From: a virus
Length of the DNA stretch: 64,000 nt
Reading direction: 5' to 3' (one strand)
IMG/VR virus record: IMGVR_UViG_3300032282_005553
Coordinates: 72,890 to 136,889 of that record
The translations under genes and the position numbers were made by a program. Below are positions 22,649 through 30,946 of this stretch, piece after piece; the first letter of the stretch is position 1, and every line of letters begins with the position of its first letter. A model generated the notes under the pieces. It saw only the letters and a list, made by a program, of their open reading frames with translations. It made no database searches and was not told the DNA's origin.

Positions 22649-22941
22649 CCATTATTAGGTAACCAATTATTGTTGTCATCTTTTCTTTTGGGGAAAAGAG
22701 TACCACCCTTCTTATGCTGTCCGAATGCTAAAATTGCTCCACAGTCATTGCAACGCAATTCATAATAGTCATTGCCGTCTACATTCCTGACGATATATCG
22801 AATATTATTTTTTCCACAAAGTCCGCATTTTTCTTCTCCAAAAATTTCTTGAATTAAAGCTAATTCTTTAAAAATTTCTTTTTGCCCGGATCCTTCTAAT
22901 TCAAATTCTAGCTTACTATTTGGTTTGTATATTAGTTTCAT
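22606..22941 (-). CDS. Hypothetical zinc-ribbon protein
   Basis: CGLC...CNDC; in operon. Confidence 0.6.
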   Translation of the reverse strand: MKLIYKPNSKLEFELEGSGQKEIFKELALIQEIFGEEKCGLCGKNNIRYIVRNVDGNDYYELRCNDCGAILAFGQHKKGGTLFPKRKDDNNNWLPNNGWHKWQKNQDSANT

Positions 22942-22942
22942 A

Positions 22943-23659
22943 TCATTCCTTTCTCTGCCAGTTTGGTTGGTAGGTTAAAATATCTGATGGTATACTAGTG
23001 ATGTCTTGTTGATGTTTTGATAATTCTTTGATTATAAGTACGGCATTATCATGTGAAATTTTATCAACATTTGTTGCATCTATTCCTAGTTGAGACACAA
23101 GAGACAAAACATTAATATTTAATCTCTTTGCCATCACATCAATAAAATTGATCTGATTACTACTAATATTTTGTTCAGAATTATTATCTGGATGATCAGC
23201 AACCTCTTTTGATAATTCTTCCGCGGCCACAACTTTACGTAACTTAAGTGCTCGTCTTAATGCTCGTCCTTCTGCTCGTGTTTCTGCTACCGCTACTGGA
23301 TGATTACGGTAAATCTTATCACAATTACCCCAATAAACGTCTGCGGCACCGCTCACCGTGCGGAATTTAGATCCATCATCAACACCACCATCATTTATAA
23401 TATAGGTCAGAGAATGAACCACAGTGGCCCTACGCTCATTGTCTAGAGCCGGTGCTTGCTCCACAGAGGACTCTGCCCTGACCAGTGTGCAATTGAGGGC
23501 AACTTCAAAAATACGACGTAACCCATCAGTTGTTGGATTACCGGCTATTTTTTCATCATCGGACAGCAAACCCAAAACATAGTCAGTCCATTCTATATCA
23601 TGGATGCACGGAATTTTTTTGGTCAAATCTTCTTCTTTGGACATTTTTTCTTTAGCCAT
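22943..23659 (-). CDS. Putative single-strand annealing protein (Rad52/ERF-like fold)
   Basis: 'VSGAAD...VAVAETRAEGRALRRAL' and C-terminal 'ISSNQINFI' resemble phage annealing proteins. Confidence 0.5.
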   Translation of the reverse strand: MAKEKMSKEEDLTKKIPCIHDIEWTDYVLGLLSDDEKIAGNPTTDGLRRIFEVALNCTLVRAESSVEQAPALDNERRATVVHSLTYIINDGGVDDGSKFRTVSGAADVYWGNCDKIYRNHPVAVAETRAEGRALRRALKLRKVVAAEELSKEVADHPDNNSEQNISSNQINFIDVMAKRLNINVLSLVSQLGIDATNVDKISHDNAVLIIKELSKHQQDITSIPSDILTYQPNWQRKE

Positions 23660-23661
23660 AA

Positions 23662-24453
23662 TTAATCCTCTATCTCTACTGTTTTTCCTTTGGTATTTTT
23701 TAGTTCCTCAATCGCACCCACAAGTTTGGAGTATACCATACCCGCGCGAGTTTTGGAATAGTCGTGTGTTTGTTTAATCCTAATTAACGAAAGTCCTTTA
23801 CCAATAATCAGTCCTGTCTTCTTAGAATCATATTTCTTATTTCTGTTCAGAACATCCTCTCCCCAAACTGGAAGAAAATGAGATGGTCCATCAACTTCGA
23901 TTGCTACACCAATAGTAGGAAGAAACAGGTCGATTTGCAACTTTGTATTTGATAATATCTGTTCTTTATGAAATTCTACTAAATAACCATTACTTAAGAG
24001 TTCATTAAGTAGATACTTTTCTAGTTTTGAACCTAATTTACTACTCTCTCTAACAGCTTTATTTGCAGACTGTATCATATTATCTTTGTGATCTTCATCT
24101 AATGACTGCCAAGCTAATTTACTTTTATTTTTTCTTTGCTTTAGTTCTTTATCACTCAAAGAGTCCCAAGAATTCATAACGGATAGTCCTATCTTGGATT
24201 TTGTCTCATCAGATCTTTTTTTACCCTTGGTAGGATGAGAGTGCCTACCATTCTTTAAGGCATTTGATTGCGCTTCGCTCTTATCTCTAATGGCTATTCC
24301 TAGTTTTTTTGCATCTCGCCTAACCTTATTTGGATACGTATTATATGCAATAGCTATGTCAGCAAAGCTTTTTTTATTATCGATATATTCTTTAGTAAGA
24401 ATATCTAATTTTTGTCTATCATTTAAATTTTCATACTTTTGATATGATGTCAT
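23662..24453 (-). CDS. NUMOD3 + Vsr/DUF559-like endonuclease (putative homing endonuclease)
   Basis: NUMOD3-like 'KGKKRSDETKSKIG'; nuclease motif 'IDLFLP..GVAIEVDGPSH...D..K...LIRI'. Confidence 0.7.
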   Translation of the reverse strand: MTSYQKYENLNDRQKLDILTKEYIDNKKSFADIAIAYNTYPNKVRRDAKKLGIAIRDKSEAQSNALKNGRHSHPTKGKKRSDETKSKIGLSVMNSWDSLSDKELKQRKNKSKLAWQSLDEDHKDNMIQSANKAVRESSKLGSKLEKYLLNELLSNGYLVEFHKEQILSNTKLQIDLFLPTIGVAIEVDGPSHFLPVWGEDVLNRNKKYDSKKTGLIIGKGLSLIRIKQTHDYSKTRAGMVYSKLVGAIEELKNTKGKTVEIED

Positions 24454-24895
24454 ATAGTTCTCTACTATTTATGGTTTGCATTTTTGCAACAGGGGGCTTC
24501 CAACATATCTCCAATAAATCGCTGATTTTTTCGGTTTTTGCTATGCTATCTATATTTTCACTATCTAATATTGATTTCCAAAATAAAAATGGTGTTGGTT
24601 CAGTTGTATTCCAATATATTTCATCGACATAAAGAAATTGTTTTTTATTTGCTGGAAAATTTTTTGTTATCATAGCACTCTTGATGTCAAATACTATCAA
24701 TATTCCTTTAAAATATTTAGCCTGATTAAGATGAATTATGGGAAATTTTTTATTTGTATCAACTCTATTGTATTGGTTATTAAATAGTATAATATTGTCG
24801 TACGGATGCTCACTAACCATATCATTAATAGTTTCAATGATTTTGGTAGTTTTGTCAGAATGATCTGCGTTAATAAGATAAAAACCTATATCCAC
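24431..24895 (-). CDS. Hypothetical protein, Rossmann-like, end of glycosyltransferase cluster
   Basis: 154-aa alpha/beta ORF coupled to the GT operon; resembles an isolated GT-B N-domain. Confidence 0.4.
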   Translation of the reverse strand: MDIGFYLINADHSDKTTKIIETINDMVSEHPYDNIILFNNQYNRVDTNKKFPIIHLNQAKYFKGILIVFDIKSAMITKNFPANKKQFLYVDEIYWNTTEPTPFLFWKSILDSENIDSIAKTEKISDLLEICWKPPVAKMQTINSRELYDIISKV

Positions 24896-24897
24896 AA

Positions 24898-25647
24898 CTA
24901 TGCTCCTATAAAAGATAATGCTTGAGTGTTGACAAAGTTTTTAACAGTATACTTGTCTATGTTTTGCAGAGGCGGCGTGTATTTGTGGTTTGTTATGTTT
25001 GCTAATAAATCGCCATCTAATGAGATATTATTTATACCACAAACAGATGATTCTATGTAAAAATTATTGTCTATATCAATAAATTCTGAAAATGTATTGA
25101 GAGCAGCACACAGATCATTAGTATTTGTAACGCCAATATTTTGTTCATGTTTAAATTGATGATTATTAATTAAACATATTTTGAATTTTGTATTAGGATA
25201 AAGAATATTGTCTAATAATTTATGATTTTTATCCAGATCATTTGATAGCATAACCAGAATTTTATCATTTCTTTGTTGTTTCAAATTACTGTATGTGTTT
25301 TCATCATAAAGGTATTCATACCTTAAAACATTATTTCCATCTAATGATTGAAGTCCTGAAATGACTTTGATACCATTTTTATTAAAATAATCAAATAATT
25401 GTGGGTGATCAATACTTCCAGCATATATTATTATATTTAATTTATCTTTGAATTGATCTATGAAATCATGAAATTCCTGTGAATATTCTTGCAAAGGCAA
25501 GATAAGAGTTTGCGGTTTTATTTTATGGTATACATCAAATATGCATTCGTGTAATACTGTTGCTATAACATTTGTCTTATCTCCAATATTTTGAAGTATT
25601 GGAAGATATAATTTTTCATTAAGCATGTGCGCTAATATTGTGCTCAT
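24898..25647 (-). CDS. Divergent GT-B-like protein
   Basis: C-terminal 'LNTFSEFID...FYIESSVCG' resembles the GT-B E-A-x-x-x-G motif. Confidence 0.4.
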   Translation of the reverse strand: MSTILAHMLNEKLYLPILQNIGDKTNVIATVLHECIFDVYHKIKPQTLILPLQEYSQEFHDFIDQFKDKLNIIIYAGSIDHPQLFDYFNKNGIKVISGLQSLDGNNVLRYEYLYDENTYSNLKQQRNDKILVMLSNDLDKNHKLLDNILYPNTKFKICLINNHQFKHEQNIGVTNTNDLCAALNTFSEFIDIDNNFYIESSVCGINNISLDGDLLANITNHKYTPPLQNIDKYTVKNFVNTQALSFIGA

Positions 25648-26339
25648 ATTTTTTCTTTTATTTTTTCTGAATCTTTACTATTAATGATTTTAACTACGTA
25701 ATTTGATTTTAATCTTATGGGTTCGTACTTTACTCCCAGTTCGATTGTTTTGTTGATAAGTTCGAATAAGAACATGTTTCTCATTGTTTTATTGTATAGA
25801 TTCTTATATATATCAACGGTTTTTGTGTCCAAGTATACGATTTCGTTCCAAACGTTATCTGTTAAATTAAAAAACATATGTTCTATATAAGAATCATTGA
25901 CGCTACAGCCTATGTGAAAATTTGTTTTTTTATCTGTATTCTTCTTTTTGACATAAAAAATCTTTGATAAATTAATATTATCAACTATAATTTCTTTTAC
26001 TATATTATTGAATAGTATTCCATTATTAATAATAATGCATCCATCATATTTTGAGCTATCATAATTAGACAATATAAGCTCCATAGCGTATCCTTGATTA
26101 GCTATATCGTACAGATCATTATTAATAACATTTATATTTTTGTAATCTATTTTTTTCCTTATTCTGTCATTCCCAAATCCAACAATGACAAAAATATCAA
26201 TATTTTTATCTATTATATTTGCAATTTGACAATTAATCAATTCTTTCGATTTTTTAGACTTTAGCAGTCCTTTTGGTCCGAAAGATTTCATCCCTTTTGT
26301 TATCTCATAGCATAGTATAAAACAAGCTAATTTTTTCAT
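25644..26339 (-). CDS. Sugar-phosphate nucleotidyltransferase-like protein (LicC/MobA fold), divergent
   Basis: 'ILCYEITKGMKSFGPKGLL...IFVIVGF...IINN' matches the NTP-transferase pattern 'ILAAGxGxRM...PKxLL', with altered key residues. Confidence 0.65.
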   Translation of the reverse strand: MKKLACFILCYEITKGMKSFGPKGLLKSKKSKELINCQIANIIDKNIDIFVIVGFGNDRIRKKIDYKNINVINNDLYDIANQGYAMELILSNYDSSKYDGCIIINNGILFNNIVKEIIVDNINLSKIFYVKKKNTDKKTNFHIGCSVNDSYIEHMFFNLTDNVWNEIVYLDTKTVDIYKNLYNKTMRNMFLFELINKTIELGVKYEPIRLKSNYVVKIINSKDSEKIKEKI

Positions 26340-26746
26340 ATATTTTTTTGTAATACCATGACTATATATTGATTATCATTATATGATTTGTGAATAGATA
26401 CATTATTAATTTGTGATAATATCTCTATCATGTCTGATTCAATAAATAGAGACTTATTTTCTAGTATAATCTTTGACATGAATTGACTATTAACATTTCC
26501 TTTAGCTACATCCTTACATAATTTAGTAGCATTTAAAAATTTCAAAGTTATGAATCCCAAATTAGCTATCTTTTTTGATATCAAATGAACGATTGCTATT
26601 CTATCGGAATATTCAAGTTTATCTAGAATTGTGCAAATAATCTCGTCGCATGTCCCATTCGTTATGCCTTTTAGTTCTTCTGTATTGAGATTCAAAAAAC
26701 TATCAATTCTGTCTGTATCTGATTGTATTATATTAATTTTTTTCAT
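26336..26746 (-). CDS. Degenerate class I SAM methyltransferase-like protein
   Basis: 'NGTCDEII...LDKL...ISKKIANLGFITL' parallels 'DxSxDxI...LEH...RxLKxGGxLxI'; no GxG motif I. Confidence 0.4.
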   Translation of the reverse strand: MKKINIIQSDTDRIDSFLNLNTEELKGITNGTCDEIICTILDKLEYSDRIAIVHLISKKIANLGFITLKFLNATKLCKDVAKGNVNSQFMSKIILENKSLFIESDMIEILSQINNVSIHKSYNDNQYIVMVLQKNI

Positions 26747-27666
26747 AGTACAAATGCCTCATTATTAGCCGCGATGATTAATTTAGATATATTATCTTTA
26801 AAGGTGTCAAATGAATAATTTTCATGAATATATTCTGTAGAAATAGTGACTCTATGAGATAGGGCCTGTTTAGTACTAGAAATAAGATCCTGTACTGATC
26901 TAGCAGAGAATAGGTTGGGTGTATTGATGTAGTTATTTGATAGCATATCACCCATATAAGTTACAGCACTACAACCACAACTTATTGCACAAAGGATATT
27001 GATTATATTATGTTCATTAAAGTCGATTACGACTTTGTATCTATTTAACAGCTCTCTTATAGCATTGAGATCGCCGGTTAAGTCTTTTATAAGATTGATT
27101 TTTATTCCATTAGACTCTAAAACACCAGCTAAAGATTCGGCATTTTGTGAGTTTTCAAAATTTAAAATTAGCACATCCTCTGTTCTTTCTTCTGTTGGTC
27201 GTGATGAATATAGGATATCTGTTGGTATACCATATTTAATGATAACTTTGTTATTGAACATATTCCATGAATCACTTACGTCTTGTGAGAAAAATACCTT
27301 TTTTTCTCTTGATAGATTATTACTCATCAACAATAGGTCTTCTTTTTTAATTTTACCTGGTCTATAAGAATGAGTAAAAATAAGAGTATTGAGGTGCTGA
27401 GAAGAAAAGAATTTATTTGATGTGTATCCAATAATATTATTGGTGATCCCCACATTGTAGTTATTAAGTCCAATTGTCGAGTTGTCCAGTAAAACTATAT
27501 TGTTTTTGACTGTCTCAAAGAAACCATATTGTTTGTCAAAAAATAGCGTGAATCCGCACTGGGCTAAGATAATATCAAAAAAATTTCTTTGAGGTTCATA
27601 TAGAACGTTAATTTTTTGATTATTGAATTTGTTAATCACATTACCTGTGATAGTACTTAAATACAT
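26743..27666 (-). CDS. Divergent GT-B glycosyltransferase-like protein
   Basis: 'IIKYGIPTDIL...LNRYKVVI...NILCAISCGCSAVT...YSFDTFKDNI' follows the GT4 layout, with C in place of E in LEAMxxG. Confidence 0.6.
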   Translation of the reverse strand: MYLSTITGNVINKFNNQKINVLYEPQRNFFDIILAQCGFTLFFDKQYGFFETVKNNIVLLDNSTIGLNNYNVGITNNIIGYTSNKFFSSQHLNTLIFTHSYRPGKIKKEDLLLMSNNLSREKKVFFSQDVSDSWNMFNNKVIIKYGIPTDILYSSRPTEERTEDVLILNFENSQNAESLAGVLESNGIKINLIKDLTGDLNAIRELLNRYKVVIDFNEHNIINILCAISCGCSAVTYMGDMLSNNYINTPNLFSARSVQDLISSTKQALSHRVTISTEYIHENYSFDTFKDNISKLIIAANNEAFVL

Positions 27667-28757
27667 AAATTTGAACCTATTGAATCGTATGAAAAATTAT
27701 TTAAACTACTAATACCAGCTTCTTTTTTCTTTAATAACTCTGTACTATTTTTAGTATGCATATCATATACTAATTTCATTTTTTCTACAAGATCATAAAT
27801 ATCTATCTTATACCAGTATTCATCTGCGTTGTATATGTCAAAATCTGTAGATAATGGCCTATTCTGCACTATAACAGGAGTCTTGTGACTCTTTACTAAA
27901 AACCCATTAGAGTCATTGATATAATCTTTCATTCCAGTGTTTTTATTTATGATTGGAGTTTTACCCAGAACTAAAGCCTCAGCTGCTGGTCTACAAAATG
28001 CTTCCCCATATGATGGAGCTATAAAACAATCACAATAATTATGTAGACCTATAATATCTTTATATGACATATAGTCAGAGATTATAATTTCTTTTTTGTA
28101 TCTTTTTTTATTACCTAATCTCTTTTTTATTTCGCTAATCTCATGTTCTAGTTTTTGTTCATTATTTGTCTTAATAACTAGACACACAGGATCAGCGTAG
28201 TCAAAAGCTAAATTAAAAGCAACAATTAAATCGGTAATATTTTTTCTATCATTATTGTCACCAATAAAATAAAACTTAAACATATTATCAATTAATGGAT
28301 TCAACTTTATCTTATAGTCTTTATTCTGCTGTATAAATTCAGTATCTAGGGGCTGAGACACAACTCTAATCGGCACTTTAACGCCAGACTTTATTAAGCA
28401 TTGTTCTTCTGTAGATGACGGCACCCAAACTTCATCCATCCTATTTATATTTGCTATGCAGTCCGAGCTTGAAAGATTGTTTGTTTCTAGTTCAAAGAAT
28501 CCTATGTTTTTTTTGTACGATCCATTATAAAATAAGCAATGAGGAAGAGTTTTTTGTATTACTACATCATAATTGTCATAGAGTGAATTTTCATAAGATA
28601 TAATCTCTTCATCATCGAATTTTAAATCTGGAGTCGCTAAATAAACTGGTCGGGTTGTTATATTTTTATGTTTGGTTGCCAATGCTTTTATATAGCTCCT
28701 GGTAGCCATTCCCCAACCGTCTGGCTGTCTGTATGGTCCCACAAATAAAATATTCAT
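27657..28757 (-). CDS. Glycosyltransferase family 4 (GT-B)
   Basis: 'DEVWVPS', 'RKNITDLI', 'CDCFIAPSYGEAFCRPAAEALVLGKTPI' with intact E-x7-E. Confidence 0.85.
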   Translation of the reverse strand: MNILFVGPYRQPDGWGMATRSYIKALATKHKNITTRPVYLATPDLKFDDEEIISYENSLYDNYDVVIQKTLPHCLFYNGSYKKNIGFFELETNNLSSSDCIANINRMDEVWVPSSTEEQCLIKSGVKVPIRVVSQPLDTEFIQQNKDYKIKLNPLIDNMFKFYFIGDNNDRKNITDLIVAFNLAFDYADPVCLVIKTNNEQKLEHEISEIKKRLGNKKRYKKEIIISDYMSYKDIIGLHNYCDCFIAPSYGEAFCRPAAEALVLGKTPIINKNTGMKDYINDSNGFLVKSHKTPVIVQNRPLSTDFDIYNADEYWYKIDIYDLVEKMKLVYDMHTKNSTELLKKKEAGISSLNNFSYDSIGSNLCI

Positions 28758-30421
28758 TTGATACTGTCCTTTATCTGCGCATATTGGATAAAATCTTCAT
28801 TATTTAATTTATCCGGCATATTTTTTGCTGTCATGGAGATGTTATGATTTTTAATAATGGTGTTTAGTGTGTCTATCACCTTTTGTCTTGGATATCCTTC
28901 TGTATTAAATCCATTTACTACGAAACCATACTCAAGATCTTTAATCATATTCAACATTATATTAGATGTACTGATCTGATGATTTGGCAAATGCTTAGAG
29001 ACTAAGAATGTAACAAAGTCATATGCGTTGTTAATATTCTCAGGTATGTCTCTTATCTCTTCTATCATGGGTAGACTTTGAGACCATTTGCCCTGCAATC
29101 CTGTTAACTTTACATTGTCAAAATAATTTTCCCATTTTTTAGCTATATCATCCCAATTATAATGTTGCTCAGTCAACTTTCTAGTCTCAAATCTTTTTTG
29201 TTCTTTTAGGAAATCTGGAGTATTGTAATACTCCTCTAAGATTTGAATAAAATGTTTATTGTCTGGATATACTCTTATTGCTTTAGTTTCGAGTTCTTTA
29301 AAGTATTGACCTACTTTTACAGGAAATCCATTAACTTTATGAACTACGTCATTCATGGCGCTATAATCTACAGCTACTAATGGCACCCCACAAGCAGACG
29401 CTTCAACCTGTGGCATACCAAAACCTTCGCAAATAGCGTATTGAACATAAAGATCAAAGGCATTCATAATGATCGCTAGGTTTTCTGATGACACCCCATT
29501 ACTGACACTAGGCATACTACATGCCTTTTGACCACACCTAGGACATGTGCATACTGGATGCTGAAACAACGATGGATAGAAATAATGACAATTTTGACAA
29601 TGATACGTAAAGAGGACTCTGTTACCAATCTTGTATTCTTTCAAGAGTTGAGGTATGTCCCAACCAGCATCTGGATAACTAGTATGCAAATAAAGATATA
29701 GATTTTTACCTAATGCATGGTTATTCTCTTTTTCACATTTTTCTAGCAATTTTTTAATCGAATAAAATAGATCTGGTATTAATTTTCTCTTCTGATTTCT
29801 CATTACTGATCCAACAATAAACATATCACTATGTAATCCCATAGCTTTTCTTATATGTTGTCTGTCTTGAGCAGGAGAAAAGGTTTTAAGGTCTACTCCA
29901 GGCGATGTAGTGTCTATATAATTTACTTTATTATTGCTTTGTTTTTTAACCGCATCTCTGCCAAAATCAGAATAGGTAAAAATTGCATCGGTATGTAAAA
30001 AAGTATCTATCCAATCTTCTTGTTGTGGTTCGGAGTCAACTGTTGGCATTAGTACCCAGTGAAAAAATGGTCTTAGAGGGGACATTTGCTGGTATGCACT
30101 CATCCAGTAATCCCTAATATCAAAAACAATATCCGGTTGAAAATCTAATAGTACTCTTTCAAATCTCCATCTTCCGAACTGATTTTCTGGCGAAGAACTA
30201 TATTCAGGAAATCGTGGATCTTTATCATCTACCGCATTAGCATAGTATTTCCATTTAATACCAGTATCTTTTGGGTCATTTGTTTTGCCATATGAAGCAA
30301 ATTCTGCTATCTCATATTTACCGGTATCATATAGTCTTGAAAGGATTTCTTTTGCATATGTGCCAAAACCAGAATTTAAAAAACTAGCTTCGGATGCCAT
30401 TAATATTTTGAGCTTTTTCAT
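28754..30421 (-). CDS. Glycosyltransferase family 4 with inserted Zn-ribbon
   Basis: 'PGVDLKTFSP', 'RNQKRK', 'FDLYVQYAICEGFGMPQVEASACGVP'; CQNC...CPRC insertion. Confidence 0.85.
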   Translation of the reverse strand: MKKLKILMASEASFLNSGFGTYAKEILSRLYDTGKYEIAEFASYGKTNDPKDTGIKWKYYANAVDDKDPRFPEYSSSPENQFGRWRFERVLLDFQPDIVFDIRDYWMSAYQQMSPLRPFFHWVLMPTVDSEPQQEDWIDTFLHTDAIFTYSDFGRDAVKKQSNNKVNYIDTTSPGVDLKTFSPAQDRQHIRKAMGLHSDMFIVGSVMRNQKRKLIPDLFYSIKKLLEKCEKENNHALGKNLYLYLHTSYPDAGWDIPQLLKEYKIGNRVLFTYHCQNCHYFYPSLFQHPVCTCPRCGQKACSMPSVSNGVSSENLAIIMNAFDLYVQYAICEGFGMPQVEASACGVPLVAVDYSAMNDVVHKVNGFPVKVGQYFKELETKAIRVYPDNKHFIQILEEYYNTPDFLKEQKRFETRKLTEQHYNWDDIAKKWENYFDNVKLTGLQGKWSQSLPMIEEIRDIPENINNAYDFVTFLVSKHLPNHQISTSNIMLNMIKDLEYGFVVNGFNTEGYPRQKVIDTLNTIIKNHNISMTAKNMPDKLNNEDFIQYAQIKDSIK

Positions 30422-30451
30422 ATATCCTTTATTGCTTTGTATAGAACAACA

Positions 30452-30486
30452 AAAGCATGGCTACGAAACCCTCGTAGCCATACTTT
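30452..30486 (-). terminator. Rho-independent terminator-like hairpin after ssb
   Basis: On the - strand AAAGTATGGCTACGA-GGGTT-TCGTAGCCATGCTTT, followed by a U-rich tail. Confidence 0.75.
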
Positions 30487-30506
30487 GTATTGTTAATGAT
30501 CTATAA

Positions 30507-30881
30507 TCAGAATGCCACAGTTTCTGCATTATCTGACTTATTTTTCTTTGAAGACAACTTTGTGATCTTCGAAAAATTATTTACTCTGACCTTTAGAGTA
30601 TTATGCTTAACTCCATCTTTTTCCCAAGAATCATTTCTTAGTGATCCTTCCACTAGAACTAAATCACCCTTCTTAAATGAATCAGCAATGATTTCCGCTC
30701 CGCTGTCCCATGCTTCACAAGGAACAAATGTTGTTACCTTGTCCTTCTCTCCGTTTGCTTTGGTATATTCCCTAGAAACGGCAACAGTAAAATTAACCAC
30801 TGTTGTTTGCTTACCGCTGCTGTTCACAACTCTAACTTCTGGATCACGAGCTAAATTACCTCTTAAGATATTAATATTCAT
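30507..30881 (-). CDS. ssb: Single-stranded DNA-binding protein
   Basis: 'LRGNLARDPEVR...FTVAVSR...CEAW...KKGDLVLVEGSL...WEKDG', C-terminal 'VAF'; AAGGAG SD. Confidence 0.95.
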   Translation of the reverse strand: MNINILRGNLARDPEVRVVNSSGKQTTVVNFTVAVSREYTKANGEKDKVTTFVPCEAWDSGAEIIADSFKKGDLVLVEGSLRNDSWEKDGVKHNTLKVRVNNFSKITKLSSKKNKSDNAETVAF

Positions 30882-30917
30882 TTATAACTCCTTAGAAAAG
30901 AACCAAATTACTGACAT

Positions 30918-30946
30918 ATTATAACATCCGACCGTCGGAATGTCAA
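30918..30946 (-). promoter_or_regulatory. Perfect sigma70 promoter for ssb with an inverted repeat in the spacer
   Basis: TTGACA-17 nt-TATAAT; spacer contains TCCGAC-G-GTCGGA. Confidence 0.85.

Noticed and set aside
24929-24953. + strand TTGACA...TATACT antisense promoter
   Set aside because: Spacer is only 13 nt.
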